A stretch of 62,810 nucleotides of DNA, filler included, from Thermodesulfobacteriota bacterium (GTDB taxonomy: Bacteria; DASVDK01): the NCBI GenBank assembly GCA_036381125.1. It is 4 parts of 4 records of this genome, joined end to end, with 100 filler letters (N's around TTAATTAATTAA, not from the genome) between each part and the next. Parts side by side here need not be neighbours in the genome. Positions count along the whole stretch, not along the records: positions 5,848 to 20,892 come from DASVDK010000118.1; 3 more parts are not named here. One strand, given 5' to 3'. Position numbers and translations under genes: made by a program. Position 1 is the first letter of the stretch. Each line of letters starts with the position of its first letter. Below the pieces are notes generated by a model that searched no databases, had not been told where the DNA came from, and was given only the letters and a program-made list of their open reading frames with translations. Positions 8,610 through 17,646 of this stretch are shown here, in pieces.

Positions 8610-9932
8610 ATGCGAGTCGTCCACTACCTCAATCAGTTCTTCGGCGGCATCGGCGGCGAGGACCGGGCCGACGCGCCGCCGCAGGCGCGCGAGGGGGCGG
8701 TCGGGCCGGGGCTCGCGCTCGAGCAGGCGCTCGGCGGCGACGGGCGGGTCGTCGGGACGGTCGTCTGCGGGGACGGGACGTTCGCCGACCGACCCGACGA
8801 GGCGGCGGCGGAGGTCGTGGCCCTCGTCGAGCGGTTCGCCCCCGACGTCGTGGTGGCCGGGCCCGCCTTCAACGCGGGCCGCTACGGCCTCGCCTGCGGG
8901 CGGGTCTGCGTGGAGGTGGAGCGGCGGCTCGGCCGGCCGGCGCTGACGGGGATGTACCACGAGAACGCCGCCGTCGAGCTGTACCGGCGGGACGTCGTGA
9001 TCGTCTCGACCAGCGCCACGGCCGGCGGCATGCGGGCGGCGATCGAGACCATGGCGCGGCTCGCGAGGACGCTCGGGCGAGGGGAGGCGCTCGGGCCGGC
9101 CGCGGTGGAGGGCTACCTTCCGCGCGGCCGCCGGATGAACGGCCGGGCCGGCCGGCCGGCCAGCGCGCGCGCCCTCGACCTGCTGATGGCGCGCCTGGCC
9201 GGTGAGCCGTTCGAGACCGAGGTGCCGCTGCCGACGTACGCGCCGGTCGCCCCGCCGGCGCCGGTGGCCGACCCCGCCGGCATGCGCCTCGCGCTCGTGA
9301 CGGAGTCCGGCCTCGTCCCGCCGGGCAACCCGGATCGGCTCGAGTGGGTGCGGGCGAGCAAGTGGCTCAGGTACAGCCTGGCCGGCAAGGACGACCTCGG
9401 GCGCGGCGAGTTCGAGGTGGTCCACAGCGGCTACGACGCCTCGTTCGCCCTCGACGACCCGGACCGGCTCTTGCCGGTGGACGCGGTCCGCGAACTCGTG
9501 CGCCTGGGGGAGATCGGCTCCCTGCTCGACGCCTATTACGTCACGTGCGGCAACCACGGCATCCTCGGGCAGATGGAGCGGTACGGCCGCGAGATCGCGA
9601 CCGAGCTCCGCGAGCAGAACGTCGACGCCGTGCTCCTCGTCGCCACCTGAGGGTCGGGCACGCGTAGCGGCGCTACGCTCGCGAAGGAGCTGGAGCGGGC
9701 CGGGCTGCCGACCGTCACGGTCACCAGCCTCCCGTCGGTCGCCCTCAAGGTCGGCGCCAATCGGGTCCTGCGCGGCCCTCGGTTCAGCCATCCGTGCGGC
9801 AACCCGGCCCTCGGCGAGCGGGACGAGCGGGCGTGGCGGATCGAGTTCCTGCGTCACGCCGTCCGGGCGCTGGGGACGCCGGTCACCGGTCCGACCCTCT
9901 TCGACCCTACCGGGACCGGGGGGCAGGCATGA
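8610..9932 (+). CDS. grdB: Reductase selenoprotein B (GrdB/GrdF/GrdH family), Sec at codon 347
   Basis: MRVVHYLNQFFGGIGGED, AGPAFNAGRYG, MYHENAA, DPDRLLPVD; in-frame TGA 9648-9650 then GSGTRSGATLAKELERAGLP...VGANRVLRG..FSHPCGNP (conserved GrdB C-terminus) to TGA 9930-9932, overlapping the next ATG. Confidence 0.92.
9662..9678 (+). promoter_or_regulatory. Putative bacterial SECIS of grdB-like gene
   Basis: GCGTAGC-GGC-GCTACGC perfect 7-bp stem beginning after an 11-nt spacer from the UGA; loop starts with G; uses CGT and GCT codons that are uncommon here. Confidence 0.75.
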
Positions 9933-11359
9933 CCTTCCCGGTCGTCACCGCCGTCGCGAACGTGCTCGCCCACGCGCCGGGGCTGGTGCGCTACGGCTCG
10001 AGGCCGGTGCGCGACCTCGCCCGTGATCCCTCGCGTGCCGGGACGCTCGCCGGGCACCTCCGGCCGTACGAGGACGCGGTTGCGTACGGGCCGAACCAGG
10101 CGTACGTCGGCAACCTCGCCCCCGAGGCGCTGCGCGACGTCGCCCGTCCCTGGTTCCGGAGCCTCGACCGGTCGGCGCCGGCCGACGGCGAGTTCGGCAG
10201 CCTGATCGGCGAGGCCGAGCTGCTCGGGCTGCTCAAGCTCTGCGACCGGGCCCAGCTCGTCCAGCTCGACGAGCCGACCCTGGCGGCCGGCGGCGCCCGG
10301 CTGATCGCGAGGCGTCTGGCCGACGCGGACGCGGTCGGGCGCCTTCGGGCGTCGCCGGCCGGCGCCATCGAGCAGGCGATCGAGAGCGGCGAGGCGATTC
10401 CGCTCTGGCTCGGAGGACGGATCGTCGGCGCCGTCGCCCGCGGTCACGAGGAGGACGAGGCGCTCACCGCCAACGTCCTGCTCGAGAACCTTGCGGCCAA
10501 GGCCACGGGCGTCCTGGCGCTCCGGCACCTGCTGCGGCAGGTCGAGCGGCGCCTCGGACCGAACGACATCGACTTCGTCATCGCCGGGTCCGAGGAGGCC
10601 ATCGGCGACCGCTACCAGCGCGGGGGCGGCAACGTCGCCAAGGCGATCGCCGAGGAGGTCGGCCTCGCGCGCGCCACCGGCTTCGACGTGAAGGCCTTCT
10701 GCGCCTCCACGCTCTACGCGGTGGTCAACGCGGCGGCGCTCGTCCAGGCCGGCGTCTTCTCCCGCGTGGCGGTCGTGGCCGGCGGCTCGCTCGCGAAGCT
10801 CGGCATGAAGTATCGGGCCCACGTGGCCAGGGGGATGCCGATCCTCGAGGACGTGCTCGCCGGCATCGCGATCCTCGTCGAGCGGGCCGGCGCCGAGGGC
10901 CCGACCGTCCGCCTCGACACGCTCGGCCTCCACGCAACCGGGGCCGAGTCGTCGCAGCAGGCGGTGGTCGAGGCGCTCGTGATGGGGCCGCTCGCGAAGG
11001 CGGGATGCCGGCTGACCGAGGTGGACCGGTACGCGACGGAGATGCACAACCCGGAGGTCACCGAGCCGTCGGGCAGCGGCGACGTCCCGCTCGGCAACTA
11101 CCGGTTGATCGCCGCCCTCGGCGCCATGCGCGGGGACATCCCGAGGGACGGGATCCACGACTTCATCGCCCGGCACGGCCTGCCGGGCTACGCGCCGACG
11201 CAGGGCCACATCGCCTCGGCCGTCTGCTACCTGGGGCACGCGGTACGGGGCATGCGGGCCGGTCGTCTCGAGCGCGTCCTCTTCATGGCGAAGGGGAGTC
11301 TGTTCCTCGGTCGGATGACGCAACAGTCCGACGGCGTGTCGTTCCTGCTGAGTGCCTGA
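9929..11359 (+). CDS. grdC: Reductase complex component C beta subunit (GrdC, FabH-like fold)
   Basis: LLENLAAKATG, SEEAIGDRYQRGGGNVAKAIAE, FDVKAFCA, AKLGM, EMHNPEVTEPSGSGDVP, APTQGHI, KGSLFLGRMT..SDGVSF; ATGA overlap with grdB. Confidence 0.92.
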   Translation: MTFPVVTAVANVLAHAPGLVRYGSRPVRDLARDPSRAGTLAGHLRPYEDAVAYGPNQAYVGNLAPEALRDVARPWFRSLDRSAPADGEFGSLIGEAELLGLLKLCDRAQLVQLDEPTLAAGGARLIARRLADADAVGRLRASPAGAIEQAIESGEAIPLWLGGRIVGAVARGHEEDEALTANVLLENLAAKATGVLALRHLLRQVERRLGPNDIDFVIAGSEEAIGDRYQRGGGNVAKAIAEEVGLARATGFDVKAFCASTLYAVVNAAALVQAGVFSRVAVVAGGSLAKLGMKYRAHVARGMPILEDVLAGIAILVERAGAEGPTVRLDTLGLHATGAESSQQAVVEALVMGPLAKAGCRLTEVDRYATEMHNPEVTEPSGSGDVPLGNYRLIAALGAMRGDIPRDGIHDFIARHGLPGYAPTQGHIASAVCYLGHAVRGMRAGRLERVLFMAKGSLFLGRMTQQSDGVSFLLSA

Positions 11360-11372
11360 GCCGGAGGAACCC

Positions 11373-11834
11373 ATGGACCTGAAGGGCAAGCGCGTGCTCG
11401 TCATCGGTGAGCGCGACGGCGTGAGCGGGGCGGCGATCGAGAGCTGCGTCCGCAGCGCCGGCGCCGAGGTGGTGTACGTCGAGACCCAGTGCTTCGTCTG
11501 AACGGCGGCGGGCGCCATGGACCTTGAGGGTCAAGGTCGGATCAAGCAACTGGTGGACCGCATCGGCACCGACGGCGTCGTCGCCGTCCTCGGGGCGAAC
11601 TCCCCCGAGGCGGTGGAAATGGTCGCCGCCACGCTGAAGAACGGGGACCCGAGCTACGCGGGCCCGCTGGCCGGGGTCGCGCTCGGCATCCCGTCGTTCC
11701 ACGTCCTCGAGCCGGAGATCACCCGACAGATCGCCCCGGAGGTCTACGAGCGCGAGCTCGCGCTGCCGGCCCTGGCCATGGACGGCGAGGCGGTGACCGC
11801 GCCGGTCAGGGCGATCCGCGAGGGCAGGGCCTGA
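11373..11834 (+). CDS. grdA: Reductase selenoprotein A (GrdA), CxxU motif, Sec at codon 43
   Basis: GGAGG RBS; MDLKGKRVLVIGERDGV...TQCFV[TGA 11499-11501]TAAGAMDLEGQ...GDPSYAGPLAGVALG; canonical CFVUTAAGAMDLE signature; track ORF shows only the post-UGA half. Confidence 0.95.
11520..11538 (+). promoter_or_regulatory. Putative bacterial SECIS of grdA
   Basis: GACCTTGA-GGG-TCAAGGTC perfect 8-bp stem 18 nt after UGA; built from CTT/GGT/CAA/GGT codons atypical of this GC3-rich genome. Confidence 0.78.
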
Positions 11835-11840
11835 CCGCAC

Positions 11841-12686
11841 ATGGCCGCGCGCAAGGCTGCCGAGGCGGCCGCGCCGCTCCGTTCGGTGGACCGCGCCCTC
11901 GCCCTGCTCGAGTGCCTGGCCGGCCTCCCGCAGCCGGTGGCGCTGGGGGACCTCGCGCGCCGGCTCGTGGTGAGCAAGGCGGGGGCCTTCCGGCTCCTCG
12001 CGACGCTCAAGCGCCGGGGCTTCGTCCGCCAGCTCGAGGACGGGCGATACGCCCTGGGCCTCAGGTGCTGGGAGATCGGTTGGGCGGTGCTGGGGGAAGG
12101 CGGCATCCGGGAGGCGGCGGCGCCGATGATGGCGGCGCTGGTCGAGCAGACCGGGGAGTCGATCCACCTGGCCGTCTACGATACGGGCGACGTCGTCTAC
12201 ATCGACAAGCGGGAAGGTTCGCAGCCGGTGCGCGCCTACTCGCACGTCGGCGGCCGCGCGCCGGCCTACTGCGTGGCAACGGGAAAGGTGCTCCTCGCCT
12301 TCGCGGGCGAGGCCGAATGGGAGCGGGTGACGCGAGCCGGGCTGCGGCGCTTCACCCCTCGCACCATCGTCGACCCCGGTGACCTGCGGTCGGAGCTGGC
12401 CGCGGTGGTCGCCCAGGGCTACTCGCTGAACCGCGGCGAGTGGCGGGCGGAGGTCGCGGGGATCGCGGCGCCGATACGGGACTTCACGGGGAGCGTCGTC
12501 GCGGCGATCGGGACCTCCGGGCTGGCGACGCACTACACCGCGGCGCGCATCCGGCAGATGGTCCCGCAGGTGCAGGCGGCCGCGGCCGAGGTCTCGAGTC
12601 GACTCGGGTTCATCAGGAGGCGACAGGAGGGAGGCCATGGAACGGAAGCTCACGACGCTGTCGGACGCGGCCGGGCTCGTCGCTGA
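11841..12686 (+). CDS. IclR-family transcriptional regulator
   Basis: SVDRALALLE HTH, RLLATL..RGFV, TGESIHLAV, VVYIDK, PAYCVATGKVLLAF, GIAAPI; C-terminal tail overlaps next gene by 50 nt. Confidence 0.93.
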   Translation: MAARKAAEAAAPLRSVDRALALLECLAGLPQPVALGDLARRLVVSKAGAFRLLATLKRRGFVRQLEDGRYALGLRCWEIGWAVLGEGGIREAAAPMMAALVEQTGESIHLAVYDTGDVVYIDKREGSQPVRAYSHVGGRAPAYCVATGKVLLAFAGEAEWERVTRAGLRRFTPRTIVDPGDLRSELAAVVAQGYSLNRGEWRAEVAGIAAPIRDFTGSVVAAIGTSGLATHYTAARIRQMVPQVQAAAAEVSSRLGFIRRRQEGGHGTEAHDAVGRGRARR

Positions 12687-13476
12687 CGGGTCGACCATCG
12701 CCTTCGGCGGCAGCCTGCTGCACCGGATCCCGGCAAGCTTCGCGCGCGAGGTGGCCAGGCAGGGGCGGCGCGGTCTCCGGTTCGTCAAGCCGTCGGCGGC
12801 CTACGACCTCGACCTCCTCTGCGCGGCCGGATGCGTCTCGACGGTGGACGCCGGCATCGTCGCCATGGAGGGAGGCTTCGGGCTCGCCCCGAGCTACCGG
12901 GCGGCCGTGGAGAGCGGCCGGGTCACCGTCCACGAGCACGCCTGAATCTCGCTGGTCGCCGGGCTGCGGGCCGCAGCCTTCGGGATCCCGTTCATGCCGG
13001 TCGCCGGGATGCGCGGCAGCGACGTGCCGGCCGCCGGCGGCCTTCGCCTCGCAAAGGACCCCTTCACGGGGGAGGAGGTCTACGCGGCGCCCCGCCTCGA
13101 CCTCGACTGGGCGGTCCTGCACGTCCAGGAGGCCGACCCCCTCGGCAACGCGCGCGTCTACGGCACCCCGTTCTGGGACCGCGTGATGTCGCGGGCGGCC
13201 AAAGGGGTCATCGTGACGGCCGAGCGGATCGTGCCGACCGAGGAGCTGGCGCGGCAGCCCGAGCTGACGCTGGTCCCGGGGATCCTCGTGCGGGCGGTCG
13301 TCCACGCGCCGCACGGCGCCTGGCCGGCGAGCTGCACGCCGTACTACGAGATCGACCGGGCGGGCGTGGCCGCGTACCTCGCCGCCTCGGCCGACCCGGA
13401 GGCGCTCGGACGGCACCTCGAGACGACGGACGAGGCGCTGCGGCGGACGGCCGCGCGCGCGGCGGCGGAACGGTGA
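12637..13476 (+). CDS. Family-I CoA-transferase-like alpha subunit with in-frame UGA (putative Sec103)
   Basis: GGAGG RBS; track ORFs 12637..12945 and 12994..13476 are one frame split only by TGA 12943-12945; read-through gives VHEHA-U-ISLVAGLRAAAFGIPFMPV...DPFTGE...LHVQEADPLGN...VTAERIV...GAWP, a complete 279-aa GctA-like subunit ending in a GTGA overlap. Confidence 0.85.
12961..12979 (+). promoter_or_regulatory. Putative bacterial SECIS of CoA-transferase alpha gene
   Basis: G-GGCTGCG-GGC-CGCAGCC-T: 7-bp perfect stem plus G-U pair, 15 nt after UGA, same GGC loop as the grdB hairpin. Confidence 0.68.
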
Positions 13477-14204
13477 GCGCCGTGGCCGCCGGGACGCCGG
13501 AGACGATGATCTGCGCCATCGCGCGGCTCCTGCGCGACGGCGAGCGGGTGTTCCACGGGGTCGCCTCGGTGATCCCGATGCTCGCCGTGAACCTCGCACG
13601 GAGGGTCCACGCCCCGCGCCTGACCTACATCAACATCGCGGGCGGGATCGACCCCGCGCCGCGCTACCTGCCCGAGTCGAGCACCGACCCCGAGCTCGCG
13701 CGGGGGAGCGCGTCGATCTTCAACAACGAGGACTTCTACGACCTCTGCGCCCGAGGGGGGATCGACGTGGCCTTCCTCGGCGCGACGCAGATGGACGCCC
13801 TGGGACGGACCAACAACAGCGTGATCGGGCCGTACGACCGGCCGAAGGTCCGCCTGCCGGGCGGCGGCGGGGCGGCGGTCGTGCTCCCCACCGCGCGTCG
13901 GGTGATCGTCTGGCGCACGGTCCACACGCCGAAGGTCTTCGTCGAGCGGCTCGACTTCGTGACCGGGGTCGGCAACCTCGACCGCGTGGTGACCCCGCTC
14001 TGCGTCTTCCAGCGGCGGGACGGACGGCTCGCGGTCGAGTCGATCCACCCGGGCCACACGCGCGAGGAGGTGGCGGCCCGGACCGGCTTCGCGCTCGAGA
14101 TCCCGCCCGACGTCCCGACGACCCCGCCCCCGACGGAGGCCGAACTCGCGGCGATCGAGGCGATCGACCCGCGCGGCGTCCGCCGGATCGAGTTCGGATC
14201 GTGA
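13473..14204 (+). CDS. Family-I CoA-transferase-like beta subunit (GctB-like), catalytic Glu apparently absent
   Basis: GTG 13473; IARLLRDGE, ARRVHAP, DVAFLGATQMDALGRTNNSVIG, RLPGGGGA, FVERLDFVT, VVTPLCVF, HPG, TGF, IDPRG. Confidence 0.88.
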   Translation: MSAVAAGTPETMICAIARLLRDGERVFHGVASVIPMLAVNLARRVHAPRLTYINIAGGIDPAPRYLPESSTDPELARGSASIFNNEDFYDLCARGGIDVAFLGATQMDALGRTNNSVIGPYDRPKVRLPGGGGAAVVLPTARRVIVWRTVHTPKVFVERLDFVTGVGNLDRVVTPLCVFQRRDGRLAVESIHPGHTREEVAARTGFALEIPPDVPTTPPPTEAELAAIEAIDPRGVRRIEFGS

Positions 14205-15718
14205 CGCCGACGCTCGGGGAAGCGCTGGCGCGGCAGGCGGCCCGGGCGGATCTGCGCGGCCGCCCCTTCATCCTGACCGACGGGGACGCGATCACCTTCG
14301 GCGACCTCGACCGCCTGGCGGCGCGCGTCGCCGGCCGGCTCGCCGAGGCGGGCGTCCGGCCGGGCGACGTGGTCTCGGCGCTCCTGCCGAACTCGCCGGC
14401 CTTCGTCGTCGACATGTTCGGCGCGTACCGGGCCGGGGCCCGCTTCTGCCCGCTCAACCCGCGCCTGACGCCGACGGAGATCCGCTTCCAGCTCGCGGAC
14501 TCGGGGGCGCGCGTGGTGGTGACCGACGCCGAGCACGCGCCGCTCTTCGCGCGGCTCGCCGCGGAGCTCCCCTCCCTCGCGCACGTCCTGGTCCTGGCCG
14601 ACCGGGAGGACCTCGCGGGGCTGCCCGATCCCCCGGGCGCCGCCCCGTCCGCCGTCGAGGATCCCGACGCGGTCGCGCTCGTGATGTACACGTCGGGGAC
14701 GACCGGCTCGCCCAAGGGGGTGATGCTGTCGCACCGGAACGTCCTCCTGAACGCCTCGCAGGTCATGGAGCGGAGCGAGGTGACGGCGGACGACCGGGTG
14801 CTCCACATCATGCCGCTCTTCCACACCAACGGCATCGTCAACACGACCGTGGGCCCGCTCCTCGCCGGCGCCTCCATCGCGCTCCGGCCGCGCTTCGACC
14901 TCGCCGACTTCTGGCCCGCGGTGGCCCGCTTCCGGCCGACCTACTTCACCGGCGTGCCGACCGTCTACAGCCGCTTGCTCGCCGCGCCCGATCCGGGACT
15001 CGACCGGTCGTCGCTCCGATTCGTCCGCTGCGGGTCGGCGCCGATGCCGGTCGAGCTCCAGGAGCGGGTCGAGGCGTGGCTCGGCGTCCCGGTCGTCATC
15101 AGTTACGGCCTCGCCGAGGGGACCTGCACGAGCACGATGAACCCCGTGTCGGGCCGGCGCAAGGTGGGATCGGTGGGGCTGCCGCTCTCGGGGCAGGAGG
15201 TGAGGATCCACGACGACGCCGGGCGCGAGCTGCCGGCCGGCACGGTGGGCGAGGTCTGCATCCGCGGGGGGACCGTCATGCAGGGGTATCTCAATCGGCC
15301 GGAGGAGACCGCCGCCGTCCTTCGCGACGGCTGGCTCCGGAGCGGCGACCTCGGCTACCTCGACGCCGACGGCTATCTCTTCCTGACCGACCGGAAGAAG
15401 GACATCATCATCCGGGGGGGCGAGAACATCTCGGCGCGGGAGGTCGAGGACGTCCTCTACCGACACCCGGCCGTCCTGGAGGCCGCGGTCGTCGGCGCGC
15501 CCGACCCGGATCTCGGCGAGCAGCCGGTGGCGTGCGTGGTGCCGCGGCCGGGCGCGACCATCGACGCGGGCGAGCTGATCGAGTTCTGCCGCGAGCGGCT
15601 CGCCCGCTTCAAGACGCCGCGTCGCGTCGTCGTCCTCGACGACCTGCCGAAGAACGGCGTCGGCAAGATCGTGAAGGCGGCGCTTCGCGAGCGGGTCGGC
15701 GGGGGGAGCGCGCCGTGA
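14201..15718 (+). CDS. Acyl-CoA synthetase (AMP-forming, ANL superfamily)
   Basis: YTSGTTGSPKG, PLFH, SYGLAE, GWLRSGDLG, DRKKDIIIRGGENI, LPKNGVGK. Confidence 0.95.
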   Translation: MTPTLGEALARQAARADLRGRPFILTDGDAITFGDLDRLAARVAGRLAEAGVRPGDVVSALLPNSPAFVVDMFGAYRAGARFCPLNPRLTPTEIRFQLADSGARVVVTDAEHAPLFARLAAELPSLAHVLVLADREDLAGLPDPPGAAPSAVEDPDAVALVMYTSGTTGSPKGVMLSHRNVLLNASQVMERSEVTADDRVLHIMPLFHTNGIVNTTVGPLLAGASIALRPRFDLADFWPAVARFRPTYFTGVPTVYSRLLAAPDPGLDRSSLRFVRCGSAPMPVELQERVEAWLGVPVVISYGLAEGTCTSTMNPVSGRRKVGSVGLPLSGQEVRIHDDAGRELPAGTVGEVCIRGGTVMQGYLNRPEETAAVLRDGWLRSGDLGYLDADGYLFLTDRKKDIIIRGGENISAREVEDVLYRHPAVLEAAVVGAPDPDLGEQPVACVVPRPGATIDAGELIEFCRERLARFKTPRRVVVLDDLPKNGVGKIVKAALRERVGGGSAP

Positions 15719-16146
15719 CGTACCGCGACTGGTACGGCGCGCTGGCCTTCCTCCTCGCCTCGGCTGCCGTCGTGGCCGGGGCGATCCGACTCGGCGTCGG
15801 CACGCTGCGGGATCCCGGTTCGGGATTCGCGCCGCTCGCGTTCGCGGCGGTGCTCGGGCTCCTCTCCGTCATCCGGCTCGTCGGGACCATCCGCGCGGCG
15901 CCGTACCGGGTCGAGGGCCGGTGGCTGCGGGTGGCGGCGGTCTGCATCCTCCTGCTCGCGTGGGGCCTCGCCGTGCAGACGGTCGGCTACCTGGTCGCCA
16001 CGTTCCTGGTGGCCATAGGCTTCGTGCTGGTCGGCGGCCGCTCCGTCTACGCGGCGCTCGCCTTCGGCGTGGGGGCGGCCCTCGCGGTCGAGTTCGTCTT
16101 CGTGCGCTGGCTCGCGACGCCGCTGCCGCGCGGGACCCTCTTCTAG
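15715..16146 (+). CDS. tctB: Tripartite tricarboxylate transporter small subunit TctB
   Basis: GTG 15715; LGVGTLRDPGSGFAP, four hydrophobic segments, C-terminal WLATPLPRG; directly before tctA. Confidence 0.82.
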   Translation: MTYRDWYGALAFLLASAAVVAGAIRLGVGTLRDPGSGFAPLAFAAVLGLLSVIRLVGTIRAAPYRVEGRWLRVAAVCILLLAWGLAVQTVGYLVATFLVAIGFVLVGGRSVYAALAFGVGAALAVEFVFVRWLATPLPRGTLF

Positions 16147-16149
16147 GCC

Positions 16150-17646
16150 ATGGAGACCCTCGACCTCCTCGCCCAGGGCTTCCAGGTCGCCCTCACGCCG
16201 ACCAACCTGCTCTTCGCGCTCGTCGGCGTCACGGTCGGCACGCTCGTCGGCGTCCTCCCGGGGCTCGGACCCTCCGGCGCGCTCGCCATCCTCCTGCCGA
16301 CGACCTACCAGGCGTCGCCCGTCTCCTCGATCATCATGCTCGCCGGCATCTACCACGGCGCCATGTACGGCGGGTCGACGACCTCGGTCCTCGTGAACAT
16401 CCCGGGCGAGGCCTCCTCGGTGGTGACCTGCCTCGACGGCTACCAGATGGCGCGCCGGGGTCGCGCGGGACCGGCGCTCGGGATGGCCGCGTTCGCGTCG
16501 TTCATCGCCGGCACGCTCTCGCTCGTCGGGCTCATCCTCCTGGCCCCCCCGCTCGCCGCCTTCGCCCTGCGCTTCGGGCCGACGGAGTACTTCGCCCTGA
16601 TGGTCGCCGGGCTGGTGATCCTCTCCTACATGACGCACGGGTCGATGGTGAAGGGGCTCATGATGGCGGCGGCCGGCCTCGTCCTCGGCACGGTCGGCCT
16701 CGACACCATCACCGGGCGTCCCAGGTTCACCTTCGGGCTGACCGAGCTGTCGGACGGGATCGGCTTCCTGCCGATGGCCATGGGGCTCTTCGGGATCGCC
16801 GAGGTCCTGGTCGGCCTCGAAGGGGGAGAGAAGCGAGACGTGTACACCGGAAGGCTGCACGGGCTCCTGCCGACTCGGCGCGACTGGTCGGAGTCGGGCC
16901 TTCCGATCGCGCGCGGCTCGGTGATCGGCTTCCTCCTCGGGATCCTCCCCGGCGGGGGGGCGGTGCTGTCCTCCTTCGTGTCGTACGCGGTCGAGCGGCG
17001 CCTCGCCCGGCGGCCCGAGGAGTTCGGGAAGGGGGCGATCGCCGGGCTGGCCGGACCGGAAGCGGCCAACAACGCCGGCTCGACGGGCGCGTTCATCCCG
17101 ATGCTGTCGCTCGGGATCCCGTCGAACTCGGCGACGGCGATTCTCCTCGGCGCCCTGCTGATCTACGGTGTGCAGCCGGGGCCGCTCCTCATGCGGACGC
17201 ACCCCGACCTCTTCTGGGGGGTCGTCGCGAGCATGTACCTCGGCAACCTGATGCTGCTCATGCTCAACCTTCCGCTCATCGGTCTCTGGGTGCGGCTGTT
17301 GAGGGTGCCGTACGACTATCTCTTCCCGGCGATCCTCCTCTTCTGTCTCGTGGGGGTCTACAGCGTCAACAACAGCACGACCGAAGTCCTGCTCATGGTC
17401 GCGTTCGGCCTCCTCGGCTACCTCCTGCGGAAGGCCGGCTTCGACCCGGCGCCGATGGTGCTGGCGCTCATCCTCGGGCCGATGCTCGAGCTGAACTTCC
17501 GGCAGGCGCTGATCCTGAGTCAGGGTGACCTGACGGCGTTCGTCCGGCACCCGATCGCGGCCGTGTTGCTCCTCGTCGCGGCCGTCCTGCTCGTGCTCCC
17601 GATCGTCCAGGACCTTTCCAGGAAGAAAGGAGACCGTCATGCGTAG
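16150..17646 (+). CDS. tctA: Tripartite tricarboxylate transporter large subunit TctA
   Basis: GTLVGVLPGLG, GAMYGGSTTSVLVNIPGE, DGYQMA, PEAANNA, LSLGIP. Confidence 0.95.
   Translation: METLDLLAQGFQVALTPTNLLFALVGVTVGTLVGVLPGLGPSGALAILLPTTYQASPVSSIIMLAGIYHGAMYGGSTTSVLVNIPGEASSVVTCLDGYQMARRGRAGPALGMAAFASFIAGTLSLVGLILLAPPLAAFALRFGPTEYFALMVAGLVILSYMTHGSMVKGLMMAAAGLVLGTVGLDTITGRPRFTFGLTELSDGIGFLPMAMGLFGIAEVLVGLEGGEKRDVYTGRLHGLLPTRRDWSESGLPIARGSVIGFLLGILPGGGAVLSSFVSYAVERRLARRPEEFGKGAIAGLAGPEAANNAGSTGAFIPMLSLGIPSNSATAILLGALLIYGVQPGPLLMRTHPDLFWGVVASMYLGNLMLLMLNLPLIGLWVRLLRVPYDYLFPAILLFCLVGVYSVNNSTTEVLLMVAFGLLGYLLRKAGFDPAPMVLALILGPMLELNFRQALILSQGDLTAFVRHPIAAVLLLVAAVLLVLPIVQDLSRKKGDRHA

Noticed and set aside
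8610-13476. Reading the three internal TGA codons as pseudogene lesions
   Set aside because: Two fall exactly at known Sec positions of GrdB and GrdA, reading frames are otherwise intact and coupled, and each has a downstream hairpin
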